A program made the position numbers and the translations under genes. Under the pieces are notes generated by a model. The model saw only the letters and a program-made list of their open reading frames with translations, had not been told where the DNA came from and made no database searches. A stretch of DNA of 64,000 bases. Origin: Eledone cirrhosa. Its lineage: Eukaryota. This document shows positions 14,157 to 29,493 of this stretch, piece after piece. Numbering within the stretch: position 1 is the stretch's first letter; the number at the start of each line of letters is the position of its first letter. The stretch is from the NCBI GenBank assembly GCA_964016885.1, contig OZ024748.1, forward strand, positions 11,532,001 through 11,596,000, given 5' to 3'.

Positions 14157-14762
14157 GGTGGCTGCCAACTCGTTTTCGAGTACGGCCACTACTTTATATC
14201 CATGTAGGAGAACCCCTACCGAAGCGCTGAACGAGTGTGACTTTTTAGTCCAGCCAGCGACTTGAAAACTCTGGTACAAACACTACACCTGTGACAATTA
14301 TTGACACATAGTGCTGGGCCCATGGTACCATGTGAGGACAAGTGCAGAGAGATCTCCAGATACAAAGCAATGCCTGTGCCGTGAAGCTTTTATAGTGAGC
14401 AAAGGCACTGCACAAAGCCAGTCCCACTCTCTTAACCAAGATGATATTTACCAAAAAGAAGAACAAGTCAACATCATTGGATACCATCAGGGTTGCAGGT
14501 GTTATATCAGAGTTTTCCTTCTCCTAGAATTCTGCCTTGACAAAGGCTAAGGGGTCATCTCTCCCGGTGATTTTGGATGGCCATTGACTTTTAAGAGCTC
14601 CTTTGCCCTTTGACAGGTTTTGTTTTTAGTCCTGCAGGATGTCCAAAGTCACCCTCCTCACCAAGAAACCTTGGTGGGGTTGCCAGTTTAGTCGCCAACG
14701 ACCCGACCATGAGACAGGTTGTACTGGGATACATGTTACCAGTAGCACCAACTGGTGACCTG
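14157..14762 (-). mobile_element. Full copy of the RTE-derived non-autonomous element
   Basis: Reverse complement of 5581-6186 with few substitutions, and (TACA)-type repeats on both sides. Confidence 0.8.
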
Positions 14763-14894
14763 ACATACATACATACATACATACATACATACATACATAC
14801 ATACGTACGTACATACGTACGTACATATATATATATATATACATGTGTGCATATATATATATATCTGTATTTGTGTGCTTGTGTATTTGTATGC

Positions 14895-15017
<123 letters not shown>

Positions 15018-15050
15018 ATATAATTCAAAATATTAATAAATGACAAATAT

Positions 15051-15083
<33 letters not shown>

Positions 15084-15090
15084 GGAGAGA

Positions 15091-15127
<37 letters not shown>

Positions 15128-15256
15128 TAGAGCGCTCTATGTAGTCTACAGAGGTATTTTGTTATGTAATAAATAATGTTGTTTATTGCATAACTATATA
15201 TATATATATTACATATACATATATATACATATATATATATATACATATATATATAC

Positions 15257-15287
<31 letters not shown>

Positions 15288-15378
15288 CACACACATATAT
15301 ACACATACACACACATATACATACATACATACATACATACATACATACATACATACATACATACATACATACATACAT

Positions 15379-15920
15379 GGTGGCTGCCAACTCGTTTTCG
15401 AGTACGGCCACTACTTTACATCCATGTAGGAGAACCCCTACCGATGCGCTGAATGAGTGTGACTTTTTAGTCCAGCCAGCGACTTGAAAACTCTGGTACA
15501 AACACTACACCTGTGACAATTATTGACACATAGTGCTGGGCCCAAGGTACCATGTGACAACAAGTGCAGAGAGATCTCCAGATATAAAGCAATGCCTGTG
15601 CCGTGAAGCTTTTATAGTGAGCAAAGGCACTGCACAAAGCCAGTCCCACTCTCTTAACCAAGATGATATTTACCAAAAAGAAGAACAAGTCAACATCATT
15701 GGATACCATCAGAGTTGCAGGTGTTATATCAGAGTTTTCCTTCTCCTAGAATTCTGTCTTGACAAAGGCTAAGGGGTCATCTCTCCCGGTGATTTTGGAT
15801 GGCCATTGACTCTTAAGAGCTCCTTTTCCCTTTGACAGGTTTTGTTTTTATTCCTGCAGGATGTCCAAAGTCACCCTCCTCACCAAGAAACCTTGGTGGT
15901 GTTGCCAGTTTAGTCGCCAA
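15379..15920 (-). mobile_element. Near-full copy of the RTE-derived non-autonomous element, missing ~60 bp at the 5' end
   Basis: Reverse complement of ~5645-6186, with (TACA)n flanks. Confidence 0.8.
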
Positions 15921-15938
15921 TACATACATACATACATA

Positions 15939-16796
15939 CCACGAAATACCTGATTCACAAAAGAGATAGGGATGCAGGCAAAACACCTAGATGTGATAAC
16001 AAGTGCAGACTCTGCAGAACTAACATCGAGGATATCACCCATGTCATCAGCAGCTGTCCAAAGATGTCATCGCGGTACTATTTGCCTATGAGGCGTGATG
16101 TAGTGGCCAAAATACTGTACAATGCAGTTCGTAAAAAAGATAGCCCCGATAATAAACACATTAAAAGCTACAACAATGTGGAAGACATCCATGTACATAA
16201 TATGAAAGAGTACTGGTGGAATGTTCCAGTAAAAACCACAATAAAATGCGGGCAAAACAGATCAGATATTATGATATGGGACAGGGAGAAGAAAACATGT
16301 ACAGTAGTGGAAATTAGCTGCCCAGCAGATGCCAATATAATATCACAGATTAGTGAAAAGGAGAATATTTATGCAGAACTGATGAGAAATCTGCAGAAAC
16401 TCCACCCTGATTACACCTTCAGATTTATGCCTGGGATTATTGGGGCACTGGGATATGTTAGTAACTGCCTCAATACAAATCTTGAGAAGCTAGGCTTCAC
16501 AGGAACAGAAAGAACACAACTAGTTAGGAAATTACAAGTGCAATCCATTAATGGAACAGTAAAAATATGTAAAACATTCCAAATATTTTGCATATACATA
16601 TGTACAGATACAAAGCATATACACATGCACACATACAACTCAAAACATACACATCCACACCTACAATAACATCCATATCTACACATGCATATCTTCCTAG
16701 TTGATGTTGTGTAAATTCCAATGAGAGTCTTGTGTCGATGTTAGAAACCGACTCTCTCTATTGGTAAAACTTTGTGAAATTATAAAACCAGAAGAA
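15939..16796 (+). mobile_element. 3' fragment of a restriction-like-endonuclease non-LTR retrotransposon (R4/Dong-like)
   Basis: Frame from 15941 reads TKYLIHKRDRDAGKTPRCDNK-CRLC-RTNIEDIT-H-VISS-C (CCHC knuckle), then RRD (for RHD), RSD (for RPD), VVEISCP, EKENIY and GIIGALG. The 3' UTR ends in (CATA)n, which is also present at the 5' junction. Confidence 0.85.
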
Positions 16797-17234
16797 CATA
16801 CATACATACATACATACATACATACATACATACATACATACATACATACATACATACATACATACATACATACATACATACATACATACATACATACATA
16901 CATACATTTAGAGATGTAGCATGATACAGCAGTTTTAGTTACAAATACATGGGGGGAAAACCCATAATAAAACCAGTTATAAAACCAGTTACCATAATTG
17001 ATTAGACACAGGCGTGCGATGGCATTTAGACATAAAATAGGTAAGATTTAGTGCAGATCGGAGATAGAAGGCCTGTGTGCTTTGAATTTGCACCAAAATG
17101 TGAGTTGGGGGTTAGAAACAAACTGTATTTATAAACGTTACGTTACAAGATTGTAGCCACTGTTATAATGTTTATAATGTTATATATATTAGATAGAGTG
17201 TTTATAATAAAAAAAATTCACACACATACATACA

Positions 17235-17287
<53 letters not shown>

Positions 17288-18109
17288 CTATATATAAATA
17301 AAGAAACATATCTCTCGCTCTATATATATATATACATATATACATACACACATATATATGCACATACATAAAAACATATATATATATATATATACACATA
17401 TATATGAACATACATAAAAACATATATATATATATACACATATATTTGCACATACATAAAAACATATATATATATACACATATATATATATGAACATACA
17501 TAAAAACATATATATATATATACACATATATTTGCACATACATATATATATATATATACATATACATATAAAAACACATATATAAACGTACCCAGTGTTA
17601 TGGTGTGTATAATGTTATATATAGGAGTATGCAGATAACTATAGTCATACTGTTTATTAACAAACGTATTCACACACATTTACGCACATACATAAACACA
17701 CACACACATACACACGCAGACATGATGAATGTTTGCCTTTTTTGGCTACGGCCGGCCACAATGCAACAAATAATTTGTTCAAATCGATTAGGCGATGCCA
17801 GGGCTTGACATTTTTTCAAGTGAAGAAAAGCCTTGTTCAGAACTAATCCCACTCTCTGAGCACGCACATACACACACACACATATACACACATAGACACA
17901 TACACACATATACACATACACACACACAACAAACACACACACATACACACACACATACACACACATACACAAATACACACACATACATACATACAGAGAG
18001 ATACACATACATATACACACATATACACGCGTACACACAACAAACATACACGCACATTCAAACACACATTTACGCATGCACACACAACCACGCATTTGTA
18101 TACTGTTTA

Positions 18110-18293
18110 ATAATGGTTTGGGGCGGAGAGGAAAGTCGACTAAATCGACCGTTGTGCATTACTGGTATTTTATCTTATCGACCCCGTAAGGATGAAAGGC
18201 AAAGTTAACCTCGGCGGGATTTGAACTCCGATCGTAAAGGGACGTAACTCTATGCGTCAAAGCATGGTGTCCGACTCTCTACCGATACTACCA
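18110..18293 (-). mobile_element. tRNA-derived SINE
   Basis: Central domain and B-box as in the other copies. Confidence 0.8.
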
Positions 18294-19045
18294 AGTTCAA
18301 TATTGTAGTTTTACATTGACAACTACATGTCATTGCACGCCATCTAGTGTGGGAAATTTTATGTGGTTGCGATTTTAGAATTTATGAAATTTACTATAAT
18401 TACGCACATTTTTCTCGCCAACTCCAGTGTCGTATTTAGGAGAAATGAGGCCGTATGTTAGTTAAGTTATGAGGCCCCTTACTTGGACCATGAAGGAAGT
18501 AAACACATTTTTTTGCAGGAAGATGGCACTAGTCAACTCAATTTCGCTCAGAAGTATTGAGTCAATCCAAGGATATTATAAAAGACACTCGCTTAAGATG
18601 TCACGCATTGTAATCGAATTTAGTATCATATAATTGTGAAGTGTAACCCTTAATTATTCAGTTACATCGCTGAAGTCTCAGGGTGTTTTCGTTCGCCTAA
18701 TTAGTGAACAGGGACCACAACGACTTTCCCCTCCTTCAAAACTGTTGTCCTTCTGCCTAAATCAGAAACCTTTATAAACTATCTTGTCAAACTTAGTTCG
18801 TTAATACCAACATACACACAATCAATACAATTATCTTATATAAACCTTTATTTCTAGTATCTAATTACCTAAAAGTAATTGAGCAGTAATTAATAAAAAA
18901 CAAAACATCCTATTAAAGGGAACAAAAAAAAAAGAAGAAACAAAGGCAATGAAGAAAAAAGTATCAAACAATGAAAATCTTGGGATCCTATAGCTTTTGT
19001 TACAAGTTCTTTACCAAAGAAAGTCTAACTACCTTCTAGGTAGAG

Positions 19046-19239
19046 CAGTGGTTCCCAAAGTGGGTTCCACGAAGGAGTGTCTGAGGTTCCATGAAAAATG
19101 TAGAGGGGTATATTTATATTATGGCCATATAACAGTATTAGACTTTGCCCCCCCCCCCCCACCTCACCCCCAAAATAAAGTTTCTGAACCAAAAAGGGAT
19201 CCGTGTTTGAAAAAGTTTGAAAAAGTTTGGGAAGTCTTG
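19046..19239. mobile_element. Degenerate hAT (Charlie/MER-like) non-autonomous DNA transposon
   Basis: Left end CAGTGGTTCCCAAA, right end tttgggaagtcttg (decayed inverted terminus). The 8-bp flanks aggtagag and ctgtagag match 6/8. Confidence 0.55.
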
Positions 19240-19416
19240 CTGTAGAGTGAACAGAATTTGTAGATTGTAGAAAGTATCTAGTAACTCTCTTAGTTGAAGG
19301 GTTATAAGTTGGTGTCCAGTCTCGTGCACTGCATTATGTCTGGAAATATATATAAAACACTTTTTAATATTATTCAGAGAATAAAGATATTGATTTTATT
19401 AGATGTAGTTTATGTT

Positions 19417-19509
19417 GAGCTAAGGACACTCACAGAAAATGACATCCGGTACTGTTACGATCAATGGAAAAAACGTTGGAACCACTGTGTGTCTTCCCAA
19501 AACTTTTAA
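19417..19509 (+). pseudogene. Mariner transposase C-terminal remnant
   Basis: ELRTLTENDIRYCYDQWKKRWNHCVSSQNF resembles the mariner C-terminal pattern L..I....F..CF..WKKRW.KCV.S.G.YFE. Confidence 0.55.
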
Positions 19510-19515
19510 TTTCAC

Positions 19516-19640
19516 GTACGTCTACTATACATTTAAACGTACGCTTTATATACATCTACTATACATTTAACCGTACAAGTCATGTACGTCTACTATACAT
19601 TTAACCGTACGAGTCATGTACGTCTACTATTCATTTAAAT
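19516..19640. repeat. 34-bp minisatellite, about 3.6 copies
   Basis: tctactat recurs at 19521, 19555, 19589 and 19623. Confidence 0.9.
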
Positions 19641-19700
19641 AAAATATGAGTACCTTTCTATCCTTTCTTTTGGGAAAAATGTCGTATGACAGTAGCTAAA

Positions 19701-19968
19701 GGCGGTGAATTGATAAAGATGTTAAAACTTGAATAGAATTCTTTGCTGTATTCGCTCCGGCCTTCTGTTCTCTGAGTTCAAATCCTGCCGAGGTCAACTT
19801 TGCATTTCATTTTTCAATATCCATAGAAAAATGTACCAGTCACGTATTGGAGTCAATTCTTCTACTATATCTCTTTCTCAATTCCTCTATCATACACATT
19901 CTTCCTTTCCTTCTCTGGAAAAATTCAGCGTGATCAGACTTGGAGAAGGATGAGATTCGCCAGGTTTA
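19701..19968 (+). mobile_element. tRNA-derived SINE, long-tail variant
   Basis: ggcggtgaattg head, gagttcaaatcc B-box, tail tctctggaaaaattcagcgtgatcagacttggagaaggatg. Confidence 0.7.
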
Positions 19969-20099
19969 AAATGTCAAAATATCGCTGTATGTCACAACGG
20001 TGACTTTACCAGTGTTACGTGTCCATACATACATGCATCATCATCATCATCATCATCATCGTTTAACGTCTATCTTCCACGCTAGCATATATATATTTA

Positions 20100-20275
20100 T
20101 CAGAATGGAAGCGGTAAAAACCAGTTAGACCATCACTCACCAGAGTACTCGATACTTGGGGTAGTAGAGTGGGTAATAGGAACAATTCTAGACCCCGACG
20201 GCTTAGCTCCTGCCGTTTCAACAGCTAGATTTAGCTGTTGAAAGGGCTGGAGCTCAGCCGTCGGGGTCCCCAATT
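20100..20275 (-). mobile_element. Diverged Family A fold-back element
   Basis: gtagtagagtgggtaataggaac...gaccccgacggc, folded at tttcaacagcta-gatt-tagctgttgaaa. Confidence 0.7.
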
Positions 20276-20283
20276 TTTCATAT

Positions 20284-20353
<70 letters not shown>

Positions 20354-20716
20354 CGTACATACATACATAGCAGTAATTATATTTATGCTGCTGGTTACTG
20401 AGGGTTTCATTAACTGTTATTGATTTTGCTGTATAGTCCCCTGCTAAGATACCAAGTCATTTTCGATTTCCAGTGACGGCTGGAGTTATATAACGACGTC
20501 TTTTTTTACTTTCTGCGTTCAAATCCGTCGGCGTCCATTTTAGTCATATGACTTTCAGATGTTGATAAGATGAAATAAAAGTGAAGTAATGGAGTCGATT
20601 AAATCGATTCTAAACTTCCTCATCAAAGAAAACCATTGTAATTGAATGCCAAAGCCAAGATAGATAGATAGATAGATAGATTGAGAGAGAGAGAGAGGGG
20701 TAGAGATAGAGGGGTA

Positions 20717-20831
<115 letters not shown>

Positions 20832-21099
20832 AGAGAGAGAGAGAAAGAGAAAGAGAGAGAGAGAAAGAGAAAGAGAGAGAGAGAGGTAGATAGGCAGATA
20901 GAGTGGGTGTGTAAGAGAGGAGAGAGAGGGAGAGAGAGGGAGAGAGAGGGAGAGAGGGAGAGAGGGAGAGAGACTACTTAGTTTCTCGAACTTCAAGAAA
21001 TAACAATCAAATTATATTTCCCTATCTAAAAAAGGAAGTGTATAATGGATAATGTAATGCTAGAGACACCAGGTTTCGATTTGAAAAAGAAAAATAAAG

Positions 21100-21435
21100 A
21101 CAGAAAATCCTAGGAATTAGGAATCTGAGAAAATACGAGGAAAATCTGGGGAAATTAGAGGAAAATTGGGGGAAATGCGAGAAATCGGAAACCTAGGAAT
21201 ATCCGCGGAAAATCTGGGATAATCGGGAAATTCCGAGGGAAACTGGGGAAATCCAAAGAAAATCTGGGAAAATCCGAGAAAATTCCGAGGATTTGTGAAT
21301 CCTAGGAAACTCTGGCATTATCCGAGGAATCAGTAAGCTAGGAAAATCCGAGGAAAATCTGAGGAACTGGAAATCTAGGAAATTTCAAGGAAAATATGGG
21401 AAAATCCAAGGTAATTCAGGAGAAAACGGGGAAAG
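21100..21435. repeat. Degenerate purine-rich short-period repeat (ggaaaatccga/ggaaaatctgg)
   Basis: Recurrent 10-12-nt units. Confidence 0.65.
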
Positions 21436-22711
21436 GCAATTTGATGAAAAGATGCTGTGACACAGACGCCATTGGTAAGGAATTGTCAGGGTGAGAGCAC
21501 GTGGCTTTGTGGTTAGGACATAAGAATGTAATGAGTCAAGTGTAGGCACGCACATATTCAGACACACACACAAATATATATATACACATATGTATACAAA
21601 CATATTTACACGCATATGTATACACACGTATGAGCACAGACATATGTACACACACATATGCACATGCACATATGTACACACACAAATGTGCACACACATA
21701 TGTACACACACATATGTACACACACATATGTACACACACATATGTACACACATATATGTACACATACATACACGCACATATATGTACACATACATACACG
21801 CATACATACACGCATATACACACAAATGTACACAACACACATATCTTTACACATATGCATATATACACACATGCATATATACACACATGTATACTCACAC
21901 ATTTATACACACAAATATGTACACACGCATATGTATACACACATATGTACACACAATTATATGCAAATACATATGTTTACACACATGTACACAGACAGAA
22001 ATAAATATACACACATATGTATACACACATATCTACACACACATATGTATACACACATATCTACACAAAAATATGTACACACATACATATATATATATAT
22101 ACACACATATGCACACACAAATATATATATACACACATACATACACATATGTATCCACACATATGTACACACATACACACACACACATATATATATATAC
22201 ACACATATATATGTACACACACATATATATATACACATATATGTATATACACACATACATACACATATGTATCCACACATATGTACACATTCATATGTAT
22301 ACACACGCATACACACACACATATATATATACACACATACACGCACATATGTACACACAAATATATACACAGATACATACAAAGACACATATGTATACAC
22401 ACACAGTCATTGTAAAATGGCTGCTATTGGAACAAAGAAAAAACACGACTACGTTTATGTAAATATTTCAATTTATGAATTCGAGAGAAAAGACAATAAA
22501 CGACGCAATGGAAGCCTAAAAAACCTTTGGTTTGAAAATATTAATTTTCACGGTGTTTTGCGATCAGGGTTACATTGCTAAACATTAATTAGGTTCCCTG
22601 AAGGGTTAATATTGAATATAAAAGATAGGGTGGTGATCACATTAGGATTACTTTAAAAAAAAAAAAAAGATTAATTACATAGTCAATGATAGCTATCATG
22701 AACAACTGAGG

Positions 22712-22792
<81 letters not shown>

Positions 22793-22793
<1 letters not shown>

Positions 22794-23138
22794 TAGGAGG
22801 TGAGTTTTATTGTAGTACAATAAAGCAATGCAGATATCGGATAAGAAGCACTCTACAGTTTGTAGGACTGGAGTATACATAATATATAAGAACAAAAGAT
22901 GGTTAAAAGAGTTCCATGTATTTTATTATGCGCATTTCAAAAACAAATATCATCATGCAATAATATTTGTGTTTTCATCAGATAAAATAGGAGGACATGA
23001 TATGAAGGTTAAAAAACACTTGTGGATAGTGCAGTTTTAAATCAACATATGTTGATTTATAACTGCACTATCCACAAGTGTTTTTTAACCTTCATATCAT
23101 GTCTTCCTGTTTTATCTGATGAAAACACAAATATTATT
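22793..23138 (-). mobile_element. Family C hammerhead-bearing element with a 90-bp fold-back arm
   Basis: 22793-23051 is the reverse complement of 55527-55785. 22959-23138 is a spacer-less palindrome. Confidence 0.8.
22919..22989 (-). ncRNA. Type I hammerhead ribozyme (Family C)
   Basis: tattttat-CTGATGA-aaacacaaatattattgcatgatgatatttgttttt-GAA-ATGCGCAT-A-ataaaata: 8-bp stem I, long stem II, palindromic minimal stem III. Confidence 0.8.
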
Positions 23139-23141
23139 ATA

Positions 23142-23505
23142 TCTGTCCTACGCCATTTTGTTTCTGTGAAACAGAAACAAAATGGCGTAGGACAGAAGAA
23201 AGGAAAGGCACAGAAACAAAGAAAGGAATCCCCAGTCACTGAAGAGGTCACAGAGTGTGTGACGAAAGGACTATGACTATATATAAACAACTATCTGGTT
23301 GTGGAACCAACCAACCAACCAGAAATTTATAGGTTTGTAGATTTGTAAATTTATAAATTTATAAATATATAATAAATTGAAGTGAAAGCAACTGGTGCGT
23401 GTGTTTCTTATTGGCAACATGACCCTCCCAAAGTATAACAATATCGGTTTCAACACACGATTTCAGATAAAGAATCTTGCTAAACAAATTCAGAAACGAA
23501 ATATA
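23142..23505 (+). mobile_element. Family D hammerhead-bearing element with a 26-bp 5' fold-back hairpin and a 3' tail
   Basis: Homologous to 44697-45036. Hairpin at 23142-23196. Ends in (TA)n. Confidence 0.75.
23234..23278 (+). ncRNA. Minimal type I hammerhead-like motif (Family D)
   Basis: agtca-CTGAAGA-g-gtcaca.gagtg.tgtgac-GAA-A.ggac.T-A-tgact. Stem III is only 1 bp. Confidence 0.6.
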
Positions 23506-23660
23506 AATATATATATATATATATATAAACTCAGAATAGCTATTTATATTTCTTCCAATCGTGAGAGAGCGTAGGTTGATGGGATTAAGATTTCATGTAA
23601 ATCACTTTAAGTGTTATTTTCTATTTATTTATTTAATTTAATATATTTATATATATGTAC

Positions 23661-23744
<84 letters not shown>

Positions 23745-23770
23745 ATTTATATATATATATATATATATAT

Positions 23771-23834
<64 letters not shown>

Positions 23835-23879
23835 GTATATATATATATAAATATATATATATTTATATATATATATATG

Positions 23880-23910
<31 letters not shown>

Positions 23911-23956
23911 GTATATATATGAGACATTTTATTTATTTTCTATCCCAGTCTGTACA

Positions 23957-24305
23957 TAATAATTGTTTCTACTTTAGGCACAAGGCCAGCAATTACCCAG
24001 TACATTACTGGTACTTTATTTTATCGACCCCCCGTAAGGATGAAAGGCAGAGTCAAGCTCGGCGGGATTTGAACTCAGATCGTAAAGGGACGTAACTATG
24101 CTGGAAAGCATGGCGTCCGACCCTCTACCGATACTGCCAATCCACCGGTTTCTGATTTAGCTACAAGGCCAACAATTGTGGAGAAGAGGAAAGTCGATTG
24201 AATCGACCCCAGTGCATTACTGGTACTTTATTTTATTGATCCCGTAAGGATGAAAGACAGAGTTAACCTCGGTGGGTGGGATTTGAACTCAGAATTTAAA
24301 GGGAC
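23957..24305 (-). mobile_element. Two adjacent tRNA-derived SINE copies
   Basis: Central domain present twice. Confidence 0.85.
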
Positions 24306-25009
24306 ACAAACAGAACCACACCAGCACCACCACCACGCACATACGTAAACGCACACACACATGTACATACACGCACACGCACACACAAACAAGCACATAC
24401 ACACACACATATACACACAGACGTACACTCACACACACACACACACACACACACACGAATAAGCCCACCCATCCCTTCCAAACGCACACGGACACAAACA
24501 CGCCAGTACACACACTGGAACACACACTGGCACACACAAAACCATGCACGCACACATGAAAACGCACACACACACACACACTCGCACACACAAAACCATG
24601 CACGCACACATGAAAACGCACGCAAACACACACACACTCGCACATGCACACGTACATACAGACACACGCACACACGCACACACGCACACACGCATACACA
24701 CAAACACGCACACAGACACACGTGATGTAATTCGTCCATTGTTGGCTTAACAAGATATATTACTACTCTCTATAATGATGTTTGATTAAAATATCATAAA
24801 TATCCAGATTAGGGGCCACTTCATTTTCACTATGCGTTAAATCGCATCAGTCCTGCGTACGTATACATTGATAGGAAGGCGTTCGTGTGAGGACAGGCTT
24901 GTGTATATATGTAAATATGTAAACATTTATGTGTAAATGTGCCTTGTCTATGTGTCTGTGTGTGTGTTTCAGTGTACATATATATACATACACAGACACA
25001 CATATATAC

Positions 25010-25066
<57 letters not shown>

Positions 25067-25093
25067 CCAATGTACATATATATACATACACAG

Positions 25094-25167
<74 letters not shown>

Positions 25168-25269
25168 CGGCGATGAATTAGTTTTGCGAGGTTTTTTATA
25201 TGAAATCGTATGAGTGTGTTCTGTTATTAATTCTGGCAATATTACGCAAATATGACCCTCCCCAAATAT

Positions 25270-25362
<93 letters not shown>

Positions 25363-25481
25363 CATATATATACATATACACACACTCACGTATATGTATA
25401 TATATTTATATATATATATATACAAATATATATATATACATATATATATATATAGATAGATATAAATACACACACACTCAT

Positions 25482-25551
<70 letters not shown>

Positions 25552-25925
25552 AGTGGCGATTACTTTGTAATCAGATCTGTAATCTCACAGAATTAATGTT
25601 GGAAATGTAACCCTCCTCCAGTCATTTTGATCTTCTAAGTTCAAGGACATCTGTGAAGTTCATCTGCATTATCTCCCCCTTTTACCCTATGTCATCGCAA
25701 ATAGAATACACTCCATTTCTGATAACTCCATCATTAAATCTATTACTTACACGTAATCCTCATCACACCGAGTTTTGTTGGTGGGGTTTTCTCTATATTG
25801 TCAGGTGTCTAGATTCTGGACACATAGGAAATATTACTATTTATAACTAACAGTACTGAAGTACTTACAGTACTGAAGCCGATTCTTCTTCTATATTTCT
25901 TTGTTACTTCCATTCACTCACAATA

Positions 25926-26183
25926 GGCGGTGAATTGGTCGTTAGAACGTCAGATAGAATACTTGCAGTATTCGTTCCAGGTCTCTCCTCTCTGAGTTCA
26001 AATCCCGCCGAGGTCATCTTTTCGGGGTCGATAAAAAATGTACCAGTCTTGTACTAGTCTTGTACTAGTCTTTTACTAGGGGTCAATTCTTCCTCTATGT
26101 CGTCTTCTCACTCTGTATCTTTCTCTGGAAGAAATCTGCTGTATCCAGACCTCGAGAGGGGACAGGCTCCACCAGGTATTTTT
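25926..26183 (+). mobile_element. tRNA-derived SINE, long-tail variant
   Basis: ggcggtgaattgg head, gagttcaaatcccgccgagg, ggggtcgataaaaaatgtaccagt, tail tctctggaagaaatctgctgtatccagac. Confidence 0.75.
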
Positions 26184-26446
26184 AAGTGCCCTAGATACAC
26201 TGTGTTTTAATGCGATGCCCCTAAGACTCACCCAGGAGTGACCTAACCATGTATGCATAGTTTGTTTTGCCCCACAAATTAAATATGAGTTTGTCGAAAG
26301 AAGAAAGGGTTGAACTGATACTCGCAGTGGACGTAAAGGATGGTCATATCGAAATATAACAGATGTTTAAATACACGTTATTCCAGTAGGATCCCAATTG
26401 GCTTTTCCACAGTGGGGAAGATGGTTAGACTCTCTCTCTCTCTCTC

Positions 26447-26501
<55 letters not shown>

Positions 26502-26567
26502 CTCTCTCTCTCTCTCTGTCTCTCCCTCTCTCTCTCTCTCTCTGACTCTCTCTCTGACTCTCTCTGA

Positions 26568-26628
<61 letters not shown>

Positions 26629-26669
26629 CATATATATACATATATATATACATATATATACATATATAT

Positions 26670-26714
<45 letters not shown>

Positions 26715-26769
26715 TATCTATATACATATATATATATACAAATATATATATATACATATATATATATAC

Positions 26770-26844
<75 letters not shown>

Positions 26845-27129
26845 CTTATATATATACATATATATATATATACACATATATACAAATATATACACATATA
26901 TATATATATATACACATATACACATATATATATATATGTATGTATGTATATGTATATATGTATATATATATATGTATATATATATTACATTGTACTATAT
27001 TGAAGTATTCGGAGTAACCGAATACAGACACACTAGATGACACCAATTGGATATTCCATCAATATTTATTTACAGCAACAATTACAACAGCAATAACAAC
27101 AACAACAACACCACCAGGAACATACGAAA

Positions 27130-27310
27130 CGTGGTCTCTCTATCTGCTGCTAAAGCCAGCAGCCAAATCTCCTTTATATTGCCAAATCTCCTTTAATGTT
27201 TTAAAAATGGAGGGACACATTGAGCATTATAGGGTGGGGTTAGTTTAGGAATAAATGATATTGATCATAATAAGTCTGCTCGATGTGAGCTGACCTAGGG
27301 TTAAACAATA
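27130..27310. mobile_element. Old unclassified dispersed repeat (related pieces at 29200-29290, 29500-29715, 32280-32370, 61265-61315)
   Basis: Shared tctgctagaaatagcagccaaatctc / gatttggctgctatttctagcag-like core. Confidence 0.5.
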
Positions 27311-27407
27311 ACAACTACAATAAGACATACAATCCTACATAACAACAACACCAACAACAATAGCAACAACTACAAAAAACAACAGCAATAGTAACAGCAA
27401 CCTCGTC

Positions 27408-27441
<34 letters not shown>

Positions 27442-28064
27442 GCAACAGCAATAACAACAACAACATTATCATCATCATCAACAACAACAACAACAACAAC
27501 ATTATCATCAACACTAGCAACAACAACAACAACAACAACAACAATAACAACAACAGCATCATCAACAACAACAATAGCAACAGTAACAACAACATTATCA
27601 TCAACAACAACAACAATAACGTCAACATCTACAACAACAACAACAACAACAACAACAGCAACAACAACAACAATAACAACAACAACAACAAAATCAATAA
27701 CAACAACAAAATTAATAGCGCTAATAACAAAAATAATAAGAACAACAACATTAATAGCTCTAACATCATCAAAAACAAAAAGAACAACAACAACAACAAC
27801 AAGGTCAATACTAACAACGATAACAACAACAATAGGAACAACAACAACAACAACAAGGTCAATAATACAACAACAACAATAGGAACAACAACAGCAGCAA
27901 CAACAACAACAGAAATATCCGATGTAATTGGTTAGCTGTTCTCATCATGTTACCAGTTAATTAATAGAAATTTTAATTGAAATGTACTAAATAACAGTTA
28001 ACGATTTGTAGCTATCTGGTGAACATCTCAGAACTCACGTCTACTACACATACACACACACACA

Positions 28065-28187
<123 letters not shown>

Positions 28188-28757
28188 GCATATGTATATA
28201 TGTGTATATATATACACACTCATACACTCACATTTACTACACCTACATATATATATATATATATATATACACGCTCATACACTCACATCTGCTACACATA
28301 TATAGATATACATAAATATATATACACACACATATATATACACTCTCATACACACATATACATATATACACATACATATATATACATATACACACTCATA
28401 CACTTACTCACCTACAACTTATGTATATATACACATATATATATACACACACACGTATATACACACATAAACATATACACACACATAAATACATGTAGAC
28501 ACACACATACACTCATTCACATACCCACATACATACATATATACACACACTTAAACAAACCCCACATACACTCACTCACATCTACTACACATATACATAC
28601 ATATCTATATACATATACACACACATATACACACATATTTGTATACACACTCAGACACACATATACACTCACATCTACTACACATATACATATAGAAACA
28701 CATATAAATATATATATATATACATATACACACACATATATATATACACATACATAT

Positions 28758-28790
<33 letters not shown>

Positions 28791-28835
28791 CATACACGCT
28801 GAAACACACATATACATATATATATATATATATAT

Positions 28836-29002
28836 AACGGAGGAAATGTGGTAAGGAACCAGGTGGATCATAACGCACCAAAGTACTCAATACTTAGGGT
28901 AGTAGAGTGGGTAATAGGAACGAGTAGGACCCCGACGGCTGAGCTCAAACCGTTTCGACGGCTAATTCTGGAATTAGCCGTCGAAACGGCTTGAGCTCAG
29001 CC
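28836..29002 (-). mobile_element. Family A fold-back element
   Basis: ccgtttcgacggctaattc-tg-gaattagccgtcgaaacgg palindrome, in (TA)n. Confidence 0.8.
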
Positions 29003-29099
<97 letters not shown>

Positions 29100-29300
29100 T
29101 GAGCTGAATATATACACGCTGAAACAAAAATATACACTCACCCACATCTACTATACATACATATATACATACGACTACATTGTTCAGTGCATTTTTCCTA
29201 TTTTTCAAACGATAAACTGTGATTTGAGGAAAACTTCGTTGCTAGTTTCAGCAGATGGAATGACTACGTAGATGTTCCGTCATTTGTGTTGATATTATTA

Positions 29301-29493
29301 GGAGCGGTGGATTGGCAGTATCGGTAGAGTGTCGGACACCAGACTTTGACCATAGAGTTACGGCCCTTGCCATTCTGAGTTCAAAGCCCGCCGAGGTTAA
29401 CTTTGCCTTTCATCCTTACCAGGTCGATAAAATAAAGTACCAGTAATGTACTGGGATAATTGCTGGCCTTGTGCCTAAAGTAGAAACAATTAT
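29301..29493 (+). mobile_element. Full-length tRNA-derived SINE
   Basis: gcggtggattggcagtatcgg (A-box-like), gagttcaaagcc (B-box), central domain, tail ggccttgtgcctaaagtagaaacaattatt. Confidence 0.85.
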
